NCBI GenBank assembly: GCA_002269645.1
Contig: NIVC01002374.1
Span: 1 to 64,000 of the forward strand
Length of the DNA stretch: 64,000 nucleotides
Direction: 5' to 3'
Origin: Macrostomum lignano
Lineage: Eukaryota
Positions 40,985 to 60,887 of the stretch are shown one piece after another. The first letter of the stretch is position 1, and each line of letters opens with the position of its first letter. Made by a program: the position numbers and the translations under genes. The notes beneath the pieces were generated by a model. It made no database searches, was not told where the DNA came from, and saw nothing but the letters and a program-made list of their open reading frames with translations.

Positions 40985-42199
40985 CGTGTCTTAATCCCAG
41001 GACAACATCCCCGTCCAATTTTTGTGTGGACTTTGACCCCCCCTCCCTACTCAGTTTCCAAAAACCGCTGGATCACCAATGCATAGCCTATTATTAGTGA
41101 CTGTCGTTATTCATGACCGCTTATCTATCGAACGAGGCTTCATTCTGCGCCCTCGATTTACTGGGCTAACTTTTAATTCTAAGAAAGCTTTTCTCGCTTC
41201 ACACTTCAAGCTGGCTTAGTTTTCTACCTAGAAGTTCAGCCTTAGAACTTCGATTTCTTTACCTACTATCAGAGAGAAAAAAATCGACACAAACTGTTTT
41301 TCACTTTCTCCAGATGTGTGTACCAACATACGTTACTCATTAGGAGAATTCATGCGTCGGCTCTTTATGCGTGTTTTGCCTATTCAAAAGATATATTTTG
41401 GAATATTTATATTTATCTAGCACTGAGCAACCGAGTTATCGTGACTCTCGATCCAGCCCTTCGAGACGAGCAGAAGACATTTTAGACAGGAGAATTGCCA
41501 AAAAATGCTCCCTTGTCAGCTCAAGAAGCTCAATTTTAATGTCAAAAAGACGAGAAGATTCAGAGATGAGGCGGGGTTTATCCGCTAGAGCGACCCCCGG
41601 CAGACCAAAATTTGGGTCACGCAAGAGACGACAGACCGCGGAGCAGTGGCTGAAGGCGCGCCTCTCAGAGGTCACGTGACCTCGGCTGCTCTGTTGCTAC
41701 CAGCTGCTCGGTAAAATGATTTATAACAAGAATTTTCCTTTTTTAACGCTCGATATATTCTAATTTTGTCTTCTTTAATACTTTTCTTGTGAAATTTCTC
41801 TTCTCTTTGATTCAGATAAAGTTATAGTCTGCGAGCTGCTCAGAAATTAATATATGCTTTCTATTTTTTACTAATTGGTTGGAACAGTGCTGAAATTTTT
41901 TAATTATCTTTGACCAATTGACGCGCCAAGCTACTATAGCTAATCCATTTTGGCTAAATCCCCTTGGCACTTGCAGTCTGTTTGCGCACTCGCGCGCGCA
42001 GTGAGGCTGGCATGATTTCGAGCAGTGCTCCTGAAATATTCATTGGCGCGCACAATGACTGAGCTCACTTCCCACTGTACTTGTATCGTGATAGTAAGAC
42101 ATTGAGACGTGATAATGAGACTTCATTAATCATTAGATAGCGAGAATAGACTGTTTTGGGGTAAATTGGAGATGAGCTGTTCCGGAGGAAGCGAGTATG

Positions 42200-42790
42200 A
42201 GAGGGATTGTGGGAGCATGGGTAGTGGGGTGGTGGGATCATGGGGTAGTGGGATCATTGGGGTAGTGGGGTCATGGGTAGTGGGATCATGGATAGTGGGA
42301 TGGTGGGATCATGGGGTAGTGGGATGGTTGGATCATGGGATTATGGGGTAGTGGGATGGCGGATCATGGGGTAGTGGGATGGTGGGATAGTGGGATCATG
42401 GGATCATGGGGTAGTGGGATAGTGGGATCATGGGGTAGTGGGATAGTGGGATCATGGGGTAGTGGGATAGTGGGATCATGGGATCATGGGGTAGTGGGAT
42501 AGTGGGATCAGGGTAGTGGGATAGTGGGATCACGGGGTAGTGGGATAGTGGGATAGTGGGATAGTGGGATCATGGGTAGGGATAGTGGGATCATGGATCA
42601 TGGGTAGTGGGATAGTGGGATCATTGGATCATGTGGTAGTGGGATAGTGGGATCATGGGGTAGTGGGATAGTGGATAGTGGGATAGTGGGATCATGGGGT
42701 AGTGGGATAGTGGGATCATGGGTAGTGGGATGGTTGGATCATGGGATCATGGTTCATTAGATCGTGGGTTAGTAAGATCATGGTTTAATG
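42200..42790. repeat. G-rich GGGATCATGGGGTAGTGGGATAGT-type tandem repeat
   Basis: Tandem units. Confidence 0.9.
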
Positions 42791-44804
42791 GGATCGGGTT
42801 ATCGCTGGGATCATTGAATCATAGCACCGGTGCATGCATTTAAATGATTATTGTCTGGTGGGAGTAAGTGACCATGAGATACCTGTATTTGGATCTTGAA
42901 ATAGCTATAGATCTGGAGGTGAGGAGCATTCGCAAAACGCGGTCTGACCAACGGCTGTAGAGCTGCTTGACTGCAGACCACCCAAGAAATCCAAGCCAAT
43001 CCGAATCGAGCTGGCAGCCGCCTCCCCATCCCCAGACTCCGACTCGGGACTGCAGATTAAAACACCATCTAGCTCAGCATCGCCTCAGCTTCGCATCCGC
43101 TATCGATCTGGCTGAAACGTGGCCGGCCGAGTTCGAGAAAAGGTAATTCGCAATCCGGAATTAATTATACTACAGTCATATTCGTCTGCGTTTCCGGTTT
43201 TTGTTGGAAAGTCCAGAGAGAAAAAAATCGTCTACAGTTCAAACGCCTACGCTTAGCGCACTTCCTCCCCTTCGAAACTTTTGTCAACACTCCCCCCCCC
43301 CCTGAAGTCTCTCGGCACAGACATTATTTATCTCCTCATCGTCGAGACATCCGGCCGTAGGCCGGAAGCTGAGGCTCCTACCCATCTCAACGCCTTCTTC
43401 TCGGTAATTGTCAGGTGAGGGCATTTCCCAGGCTAGGTCGAGGCGCTGTAAACACGGCCTGCCGTCTCTTATCTGCTAGAGAGCCATCGAATCTCCCCAT
43501 CGGATTCTGAGAAGGGTTTGGGGGCAGGAGAGGAGAGGAGAGGAGGCGAAGGCCCCCGATACGGTCTCTGGCGCAGCAGATGGACAGCGGGTATTACAGT
43601 CTCACACTGCCTGCGTGCACTTATATGCTCTCGCGCATACGTGCATAATTGCATGTATGCTGCGGCCAGCCGAGCGAGCAGAAACATCTCGCGATAGGTG
43701 GCGGCACAGTCTGTCGACAAACTGGCCATTCGGCTCATTCGATCATCTGAAATATTTGCCTAAGCACGGCTGTCGCCTCGCATCTCTGTCCGGGCTCCTG
43801 TTTCTCAGCCGACTGATTTATTCAACACCGATGGGATATTTCTCCCAAATTTCGTGGCCCGTAGTCTCTCCCTTGGGGCGACGGCACCTCAAGCGGCCTG
43901 AGGTCTTTAATTCTCGCACGCCCGCAGCTCAAATGTTTTGATTCTCTCTGGCGGTATGCAAATCGCGGATGCTGCTTCTGCGGCGGATTTCTTGCAGTGC
44001 CCTCCCGTCGACAAAATAAACAAAATAGACACCAATTCTGGCCTGCAGAAGTACACTGCTGCTTTTTTATCCTTTTCGAGTCTACAAGAGATGGGATTTC
44101 CTTCGGGATGCACTTCCCAAGTACCCATACCAAGTGACCACTTAAAAAAGATTATTGCAGGAAAGCTGTGGAAGCCCTGGCGCAGCGCACAGAATAGAAC
44201 TAGGGGTCGTGTCGCGAGAATCAAATGCGTTCCTTGCCAACCAGACCCTCCAGAGACCCTTGAGACCGTCAACAGTGAACCAGGGCGACAGTGTGCGGCA
44301 CTGCTCAACGCTTTATCTGCGAACTAACCTTGGGGGTGACAGGAAAGAATAATTGCAAGAAAGATTTAATATTTAATGGTCTGGTGCCGATCTGCTGTTG
44401 CAAACACAACACCCATGACGCACTCCTTACCCGAGGCGTCAAGACCCGCTTTCAGGGCGATTAATTTTGTGTTTTTTTTCAACCCTGATCGGCTCACACT
44501 GAGCAGTAATTAGCGAATTGGTTCCTAACAAGGCATGCGCGCCCGACGGCGGAGGCGGCCTAACAACCCGCATGGAAGTCATGGAAGCAGACTCAAGAGC
44601 TGCAGTGTAAACATGCTTGCTTCCGGCTTCGAGAAATGAAATGCAGCGATGATATTGAAATTACTTACGGGGGCTGCTTGAGGGCGGCGTCAGAGGTGAC
44701 GAAATGCACCATGGGAGGCGGCTGGTCTCATGTCAGGCCGACACTTGCTGCTGGCGAGTGGAGATGAGGGCGCTTTACGCCCCCGTCTGACCATGAGTAC
44801 GTAT

Positions 44805-45080
44805 CATGCTCCTGACACCCCATTGCTACCGCTCCTGACACTCCCTTTCTGACACTCTTGACACCTAATACATCTCCTGTCTCCTGACCCCAATATAGCT
44901 CCTGACACTCTTACTTACTTACTTTTTTTACTTGACTTTTACTTACTTACTTGACACTCTTACTTAAGCTCCTGACACCCAATATAGCTCCTGACACCCA
45001 ATATAGCTCCTGACTACCAATATAGCTCCTGACACCCAATATAGCTCCTGACACCCAATATAGCTCCTGACACCCAATGT
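44805..45080. repeat. ~20-bp CTCCTGACACCCAATATAG repeat
   Basis: Tandem units. Confidence 0.8.
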
Positions 45081-45681
45081 TGCTCCAGGTTCAGAATGCT
45101 CGTTTAAAAGCACATCGTAAATATAGAAAATTCCTTGAAAAACCTACACACACGAAGGTACTCCTTCAAAACTGCATGATTATGAGCAAAAACTATACAA
45201 ATACGAGCTACTCGACACAGAAAACGCAGATTCTACAGGAAGTCACCTTCGGTCCTCGTCCTTCTCTTATTATAAGAGCGCATTGCCTCAGTTTTGTCCT
45301 CTGCTAGCAATTATAACTATAAACTCATTTACTAATTCTCTTTGACCAGGATCACCTCCATCCCACCTCCTCACCTGCCTCACTAGTCAATCCCAATCTT
45401 GAGCCTACTCAAGTACTTATACATATAAAGGCCTAGGCCCTATTTTCACCTTACTTATAACTGCTACCGATAAAGCACTCGCACATTTGAATCATGCTGT
45501 GTGTGCAACTGGGATAAAGATGGTGATAAATATTCATCTTACAGACACCCACGCCCGACGACAGCGAGTCTGCTTGCTTTTGAGGAGCCATAAATCATCG
45601 ATGCCAAGCTTATATCGGCTCCTCATCTGAACCACCGCACAGAGAGCCACGTCAGTCATAAACAGGACGTACTTGTAGTTC

Positions 45682-45683
<2 letters not shown>

Positions 45684-45772
<89 letters not shown>

Positions 45773-45815
45773 CTAAGGCAGACAGACACTAAGGCAGACA
45801 GACAGACAGACAGAC
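45684..45815. repeat. (AGAC)n microsatellite
   Basis: Direct observation. Confidence 0.95.
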
Positions 45816-46320
45816 AGTCGAGAACACTGTTAATTATTCGGTAGTTGGGTAGAGCCGGCCCGCTGTCAGCAGCTCAAAGCTGATGTTGCACGCCTCCCCC
45901 CCCCCCTCATTTTCCGTACCCACGCGAGTTGCAGACCAGAAAACACACACACACACACACAGTGTGGAAGGGTCGCTCCCTCACTGGCTGCCAAAAACTC
46001 CTCCTCTATCCCTCTCTCCTTCCCTATGCTTCCGTCCGCCGAGAGCAGGCAGGGTGCCGTCAGGGTGGGCGCAGCGGCTGAGCTCAGTTGACTGAGTTCA
46101 GGGGATTGGAAGGAAGGCAAAGGAGAGATGGAGAGGGAAGTGCGGAGAGTCATGCGGTGCTGCTGAGGAGGGGAGTTGGTGGTGTCTCAAGCTGAGCCTG
46201 GACTCAGCCGACTTGACCCGCTCCCTTGGCTCCCCCAGCCCCGTTTTATCTACATCAGAGCCGGTGTATTCAATCCAGCGTCAAAGTCTCACCCTCACCA
46301 CCGAAACGGAGCCACTCGCG

Positions 46321-46503
46321 ATGAAGCCAGGCAGCTTCCTGAGCGTCAACCGGCGGTTGTGCATCGGCGTGACGGTCGGCCTGCTGCTGGAGACCGCGCT
46401 GCTCTGCTACCTGCTCATGCTGGAGCACACCGCGGCCCCGAAGCCGCTGTCCCGTCAGGAGAAGACGCTTGACGATGTGCTGCAGGATTTGACTGGTCGT
46501 TGA
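46321..46503 (+). CDS. 60-aa single-pass membrane microprotein candidate
   Basis: MKPGSFLSVNRRLCIGVTVGLLLETALLCYLLMLEHTAAPKPLSRQEKTLDDVLQDLTGR; GC3-rich codons like neighbouring exons, good Kozak (GCGATG), one hydrophobic helix after RR. Confidence 0.6.
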   Translation: MKPGSFLSVNRRLCIGVTVGLLLETALLCYLLMLEHTAAPKPLSRQEKTLDDVLQDLTGR

Positions 46504-46904
46504 TTTACGCTGAAGCGAATTTTTAGAGCTCAATCTGAGTAAACGACGCGCAAAGATATCCTTAAAGCATTTAAACCTAAAACGATAGCGTGGTTAGTGG
46601 TTAGTAACTCCTGACGGGTTGAAACACCCGTTGATGGCCTGATTTGAGCTTGTTTGTGAAAAAATACAATGAGCCTCACTAAATTTATTAAAACAAAATT
46701 TTTGGCAGGTTTTCAATGTCTTTCTACCTTTTACAAATATTACAAGCAATTGAAAAAGATGTAACTTACAATCAGTCATTTTTGCAATCGAATTCTGCTG
46801 TCGTTTCTAAGAAATTCCTTCTGTAATCAACTCATTTCAGTTGCAAACTTGTCTCGATCTGTTGCTACAGCAAAGAATTGGCCAAGAAAAACAAAAGTAC
46901 AATT

Positions 46905-48344
46905 ATGCGACTGTACTCGCTGCAGCTGGTGTACAAGCAGGACAATCGCGTCACACCGCTGGTTGCCGCTCACGATCTGTCATCGTTCGGCTTCTTTGAA
47001 CGGAAAACGTGAGCGTGTATTAGGTTCCACCTGAACTGCAAATTAGGTTCCACCTGAGCTGCAAATTAGGTTCCACCTGAGCTGCAAATTAGGTTCCACC
47101 TGAACTGCAAATTAGGTTCCACCTGAACTGCAAATTAGGTTCCACCTGAGCTGCAAATTAGGTTCCACCTGAACTGCAAATTAGGTTCCACCTGAACTGC
47201 AAATTAGGTTCCACCTGAGCTGCAAATTAGGTTCCACCTGAACTGCAAATTAGGTTCCACCTGAACTGCAAATTAGGTACCACCTGAACTGCAAATTAGG
47301 TTCCACCTGAACTGCAAATTAGGTTCCACCTGAACTGCAAATTAGGTTCCACCTGAACTATAAATTAGGTTCCACCTGAAGTGAAATTAGATGCCATTGA
47401 AGTGAATATCTGTACTTGAAATGTTCATCATTCCATCACTAATCACTAAGCCGAATACTTCAACTCTCTCTCTTTCGCCATCGCACAGGGCCAAGGAGTT
47501 CATGGACTTCACCGGCAAGCTAATTGTGGAGCGGTCGGCCCCGGACTCCGGGCGCAGCCAGGTGCCCGAGCAGTCCTACATCTGCCATTGCTTTGTCCGC
47601 AACGACAAACTGGCCGGAATCTGCATCTCGGACAGCGAGTACCCGGCCAGGGTGGCTCAGAGTCTTCTCAGCCAGGTGCTAATTGACGTATATACGTGCT
47701 CGTAATAGAAATTACCTAACTGCTGTGTCAGCGGTGTCTTTGATTTGAATAATTCTTTTAACTTTCAGGTGATGGATGACTTCACGGAGTACTATCCGCC
47801 AAGTAGCTGGCAGACTTTTCAACCATAGTGAGTCTGAATTTAGTCATTGCTTAATCGTTTTTAATTATTGGCTGTTAAAGCTAAGCATGCAGTTATTGAT
47901 TTTAGAATGGAAAATTCCATAGAAGTAAACTCCAGTAGTAGTTTGTATGATGGAAACTTCCATAGCGGAAACTTCCATAGCAGAAAATTCCAATAGTAGT
48001 TTGTATGATGAGAAATTCCATAGCGGAAAATTCTAAAAGTACTTTTAGAACGGAAATTTCCATATCAGAAACTCCCAACCAATAAAACTCGTAGCCAAGC
48101 GCAGTTCAAGCAGCTGGAGGCTGAACTCGCCCGCTACCAGGACCCCAAGAAGGCGGACACGTTGTCAAAAGTTCAAGGCGACGTCAACGATACCAAAGCT
48201 ATCATGACGCAGACGATGGAGAATCTGCTAGACCGCGGTGAGAAGCTGGACGATCTGGTCGCTCGATCGGACGCACTCAGCGCCCAGAGCAAAGCCTTTT
48301 ACGAGACGGCCAAGAGGACCCGCAGGTGTTGCAACACGCTGTGA
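46905..48344 (+). CDS. YKT6: R-SNARE Ykt6 (longin domain + SNARE motif + CCaaX)
   Basis: Exons 46905-47008, 47489-47675, 47769-47827, 48095-48344. MRLYSL, HDLSSFGFFERK, SEYPARVA, YQDPKKAD, TMENLLDRGEKLDDLV, QSKAFY, C-terminal CCNTL. Confidence 0.97.
47019..47395. repeat. 23-bp minisatellite (TAGGTTCCACCTGAACTGCAAAT), Ykt6 intron 1
   Basis: Tandem units starting 10 bp after the donor. Confidence 0.95.
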
Positions 48345-50454
48345 AGTGGACCAGGGAAAGGGATAATAAGCACTTCTGGAGCCGGCGAAGCCCCTCTTTT
48401 TGGACAACCCACTTAATTATAAACCGTCATTATATTAGCAAACAACATTGGTATTCGCCGTTGAATATGGGTGCGCAGCTATTTTCTTTTGCGAGCTTTT
48501 GGTGTATATAATCTCGAATTGTTAACTTATTATGACATGGAACATTAGATAGACACTTGATAAACTGACACGTCGCATGTTAGATAGACACCTGTTAGAC
48601 AGAGCGTCATTTGTTAGACAGTGATGTCACCACTTAGACACAGATGCCACCTGTTAAATAGACACGTCGCATGTTAGACACCTGTTAGACTTAGGCGTCA
48701 CCTATAGTTCTTATATAGAGACGTGCCATTGGTGTTTCACATCCTCCAAATTTCGTATTAATTCCATTGACATTAGATTTCCCAATCCCCAATCGTCAAG
48801 GCTCCTACAATTCCTAATACCTGGTAGAAGGTCAGTTAAATTCTATACCAAGTGGTAATTGTTTTTACATAGATGTATATATATTCCACCTGTCATCTGT
48901 CAGTGCAATAATCTCATTTTAAAAAACTCATTTCAGTAAGTTTTGTGCAACTTACGTCTTTCCAGGCATGTCAAAACAACAAAAACCGCTTACTGTTTGC
49001 AACGATTTTCCATTTTGTTGGTAGACAGAAACCCGCAGATGCTCTGCCAGTACGCGTCGCCAGTGTTTAAAGTTAATAGTGTAGTCTCAACTGAGCCAGT
49101 ATTGTTCTTATTGCAATATCGTTGAGCTGGAATGACTTTTTAGCTAATTTTGTCTCTTTAGCGGATCTAGCTGTTTTTTATTTTTCTGTCGCTTGTTTCG
49201 TTTGTCTCGCACTTTCCCATTTTTGTCAATTGTCAGTCTCCCAATCGCAATCTTATTTTTTAGTATAGTGGACTAGCCATTTTTGCCCCCCCCCTTCGTG
49301 GAGGCAACAAAGAAAGAAAATTAAAAGATTTAATAAAGTATAGAAAATGTAGCTTTAGACCTTGTACAGTCACTGTTAGTTTCTTAAGAAAAAATACGTT
49401 TATTTGCATTAAGCGTCCGTCCTGAAAGCCAGCTGTCTAGCCTAAGATATCAGCACCTCCTTTGAGCTTTGGCATCAAAGCCGCCCTCAAGCCATGGCTT
49501 AACTCTAAGCCTAACTCTCCCACTAGGCACCTTTCTTTTATAAATGAAATTTGCTGGAAACAATACGTCTAGAAAATCGCACATTATACAGGTTAAACAA
49601 CAACTGGAATTACTTTTTCAACTGTGCTTGTTTGCCGGTCTCCCAGGAAATTTTAACAAAACGCATACTTACTTAATTAGTAGTTTCGGAAGTTGAGATG
49701 GTGAATTATCAATGGTAAACAGTGATCTTTGCAACTAATCGCTTTAATGTCACTGCTCGCTGTTTAAAAAAAACAAAAAACTGTTGATTGTATTGTTTTT
49801 CGCTTCAAATATTGCATTCGTCCGGTCTGCATCTGTGCAGCTGTTTACTTACCCCAGATTTCTGACTTATTAGCTAATTCTCGTATTATCTCACCTTATG
49901 CTTGTTATTGCCCCCCGAGCTTAAAAATTTTGTTTGTTAAAAAGCGGATTAAGGACCTTTTGAATGATTTGAAATATTTGACAAAAAATACACGCGCTTT
50001 CTGTCGTCAAATTTTAATCTCTGCGGCCTCTGTAGGGGAGGGGGGTTGGGTTTAAGGACGTCGAGCTGCATGGACCACTATTTAGTGGCTCGAAGATAGC
50101 AAAGTCGAAATACTAAATAGTGCAAGTGAGATTTGTTAACTCAGGACTTAACTGGTTTCGGCTTATCAGCTTCTCTTATCAGTGAGCAATTGTGAAAGGT
50201 GCCAGAGCAAAGGTTTCATAAAAACTGTTTTTTAACGGCGAATGATTTAAAAGAAAGCATTTACCCAGCGAGCTAAGCAAATAGGGTCGCCCAGCAAATT
50301 CTAAGTTCAGGTAAGTTAGCTTTTATCGTCACTTCATTAAGAAATTGCCCGATGCTTGTTAGACTGATGTAAAATGTTGGATTAATACCTGTTAGAGATA
50401 ATGCAACGAGTAATTAGTCAAAAGCGGGACCTGGTTGAACAGAAACGTCCTCTG

Positions 50455-51658
50455 GAAGACAGACACGTCACCTGTTAGACAGAGGCATCACTTGTTAGAC
50501 AGAGACGCCACCTGTTAGACAGAGACGCCACCTGTTAGGCAGAGACGCCACTTGTTAGACAGACACGTCACCTGTTAGACAGAGACGCCACCTGTTAGAC
50601 AGAGACGCCACCTGTTAGACAGAGACGCCACCTGTTAGACAGACACGTCACCTGTTAGACAGACACGTCACCTGTTAGACAGACACGTCACCTGTTAGAC
50701 AGAGACGCCACCTGTTAGACAGAGACGCCACCTGTTAGACAGAGGCGCCACCTGTTAGACAGACACGTCACCTGTTAGACAGACACGTCACCTGTTAGAC
50801 AGACACGTCACCTGTTAGACAGACACGTCACCTGTTAGACAGAGACGTCACCTGTTAGACAGAGACGTCACCTGTTAGACAGACACGTCACCTGTTAGAC
50901 AGACACGTCACCTGTTAGACAGACACGTCACCTGTTAGACAGAGACGCCACCTGTTAGACAGACACGTCACCTGTTAGACAGACACGTCACCTGTTAGAC
51001 AGACACGTCACCTGTTAGACAGAGACGCCACCTGTTAGACAGAGACGCCACCTGTTAGAAAGAGACGCCACCTGTTAGACAGACACGTCACCTGTTAGAC
51101 AGACACGTCACCTGTTAGACAGAGACGCCACCTGTTAGACAGAGACGCCACCTGTTAGACAGAGACGCCACCTGTTAGACAGAGACGCCACCTGTTAGAC
51201 AGAGACGCCACCTGTTAGACAGACACGCCACCTGTTAGACAGACACGTCACCTGTTAGACAGACACGTCACCTGTTAGACAGACACGTCACCTGTTAGAC
51301 AGACACGTCACCTGTTAGACAGACACGTCACCTGTTAGACAGACACGTCACCTGTTAGACAGACACGTCACCTGTTAGACAGACACGTCACCTGTTAGAC
51401 AGACACGTCACCTGTTAGACAGACACGTCACCTGTTAGACAGACACGTCACCTGTTAGACAGAGACGCCACCTGTTAGACAGAGACGCCACCTGTTAGAC
51501 AGACACGTCACCTGTTAGACAGAGACGTCACCTGTTAGACAGACACGTCACCTGTTAGACAGAGACGCCACCTGTTAGACAGAGACGCCACCTGTTAGAC
51601 AGAGACGCCACCTGTTAGACAGAGACGCCACCTGTTAGACAGAGACGCCACCTGTTAG
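50455..51658. repeat. 20-bp minisatellite (CACCTGTTAGACAGA(C/G)ACG(T/C)), ~60 copies
   Basis: Highly homogeneous tandem; a degenerate relative lies at 48540-48705. Confidence 0.97.
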
Positions 51659-51918
51659 TTTGGGATTTCTGAAACTGCATGTCTGAAAGGCAGGGGTATT
51701 AAAAGGGCACGTCAGCTTGAGCGCGCTCCGGATTAAACGAATTGCAATCGGTAATCCTCGGACAAGTCGACAAGAAATTCGAGACAGTCAAACGCAGTCG
51801 TTTATTTGGAGACCCAAAGGAAGAATGTGCACCTTTTGCACCTGTTTTTAGGGCTCAAGCAAACTGAGTTTAACAGCCGAAGTCAAACCAAGAAAAGAGC
51901 AGCGCAGCTCAAAGCCCT

Positions 51919-58926
<7,008 letters not shown>

Positions 58927-59019
58927 TAATGGGACAAAGGTACTTGCAGCCGGAACTGCACCTGATCGAGGCTAATTTGGTCTGACTAAATCTTCCATCA
59001 CTTTGAAATCCCTCCCATC

Positions 59020-59160
59020 AGTTTTCAGTCACTCCCGTCACTTTGTAGTCACTCACGTCACTTTGCAGTCACTCCCGTCACTTTGCAGTCACTCCCGTCA
59101 CTTTGCAATCACTCCCGTCACTTTGCAATCACTCCCGTCACTTTTACAGTCACTCCCATT
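59020..59160. repeat. 20-bp repeat (CACTCCCGTCACTTTGCAGT)
   Basis: Tandem units. Confidence 0.85.
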
Positions 59161-60887
59161 ACTTTTTAAGCAAATTAATGAAAGTGAAGAACTACACTAT
59201 TCTCAACCAGGCAGAGAATTAATTTTAGTATCTCTATATACACAATGGTATTTTTACAATGAACCTAAGACTTAATTTTTTTGTCTGTTCGGCGCGATGC
59301 ACATCGTTGCTAGCCTTTTTGATTTAACATTTCGAATATGTATTTGTATCTTACTACTACTTCCTGAAATTGCCCTAGTAGCATGATTGGCTCTTGTGTT
59401 TTGGAAAAACAAAGAAATCAGAAATTGAAAACAATAAAGCAAACAAAAGCGCAGGTTTATTGGATATAAGTCGGTGAAATATATTGATTTTATCTGAGTC
59501 AATGCCGCTTTCTGCAGATAGTGCCAGGGCCCAATAACCCGGCACGTAGTTTGTTTGCATCTTTTTTTGCTCTCGTTTATTACATTTCTGTTTATGAATA
59601 GGCTCTTTCCAGTTTGGGGGAATTTCTCCTCATTTAGAAATCTCGCGACAAACCGAATGGGAAAAAATTTCTGAAGCAAAATTAAAAGCAAAACAGAAAA
59701 ATAATGCAAAGGGAACAGCAGATTTGATGTGGCTGTCTGTGCGATGCTGTTTTGGAGAAAACATAACAAATAAATTGGTCTCTCTGTGTTACTAATGACA
59801 TATGCATATTGTACATACACGCATACAAATTAACTGCTAAGAATGGGGATTGTCTTTACCGCTGGCAACAGGTTAGCAACTGCTGGTGGATCACGAAGCG
59901 GGGAAAATATTTCCAATATTTTTAAGTGCAAAAAATGTTTGTGGTGGAAGGGGAGCAAAAGTGGGTTGCGAGAATGCGAGAAAATTTCAGAATTCGATCA
60001 AGGAGAAACGCAAAAACGCACTGTTTAACCTCACCGGATTCATTGAGTGCTTGGACTTGAGAGCGGAGACTTACTGGGTCTCGAATGTCACTGAATTCGC
60101 TCGATTGAGAAACGAAAGCGAAAGTAAAATCCAATGCGACAAGAACGAAATCCTTACTTAAAACTGACAGCATCAATCAAACCTTTTTTGGCCGCGAAGG
60201 AAATTAAATTAAGAAAATGAATTTGTTTAAAATAAGCAAAATTAAATGCAGCAGAGTAAAACAAAAATCAAGGATGCAACTAAACTGAATAGTGTGACCT
60301 TGTGTGAGTCATTTTTTTCTTTTTCAAAAAAATTACAATTTTAATTGCCAAGGCGGTTGCCATGGCGCGAGGAACTGTGTAGAATTCTGCGTTAATCATG
60401 AGCAGGTATAACAGTGCTTGGCGGGGCGGTGGGGGCTGGCACGACAGTCTCTGTCTGTACTTTGTGGTCTTTGTATCAATCAGTGAACTATTAGCAGCGA
60501 CTAAATAAAAAGAAGTTTTTTTATGGCGCAATTACCTTCCATTCCTCCCGGTGTATGAGGCAATTGTTCAAGTAATGAAAGCTGAAGACTGAAAAACGGT
60601 CGGATATGATATGACAGTGACCAGGAAGAAGGAACAGGAAGAGAGAAGATTAGAAAATCAGAGCTAAAGAAATAGAAGGAACAATGAACTATTTAGGCCC
60701 AACAGAGAAGCTTTAGTCTGCATGGCTGTTTGCCAAAAACTTTCTGGTATACTGCAAGACTATTTACACAAATATTGCGGATTGGGGTGTACTCCGGAGA
60801 GCACTGGGTCGCCAGTTAATCTGGAAGCTTATCTTTTATGTAGTTTGTACTCTTTCTGGGTAAGGCAGGACGCTATGGACACGTGGA

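Noticed and set aside
40464-41018. ORFs spanning the N run
   Set aside because: Artefacts of translating the gap and (CT)n.
43938-44327. 129-aa plus-strand ORF
   Set aside because: Overlapping ORFs on both strands, no recognisable motif and no convincing splice partners.
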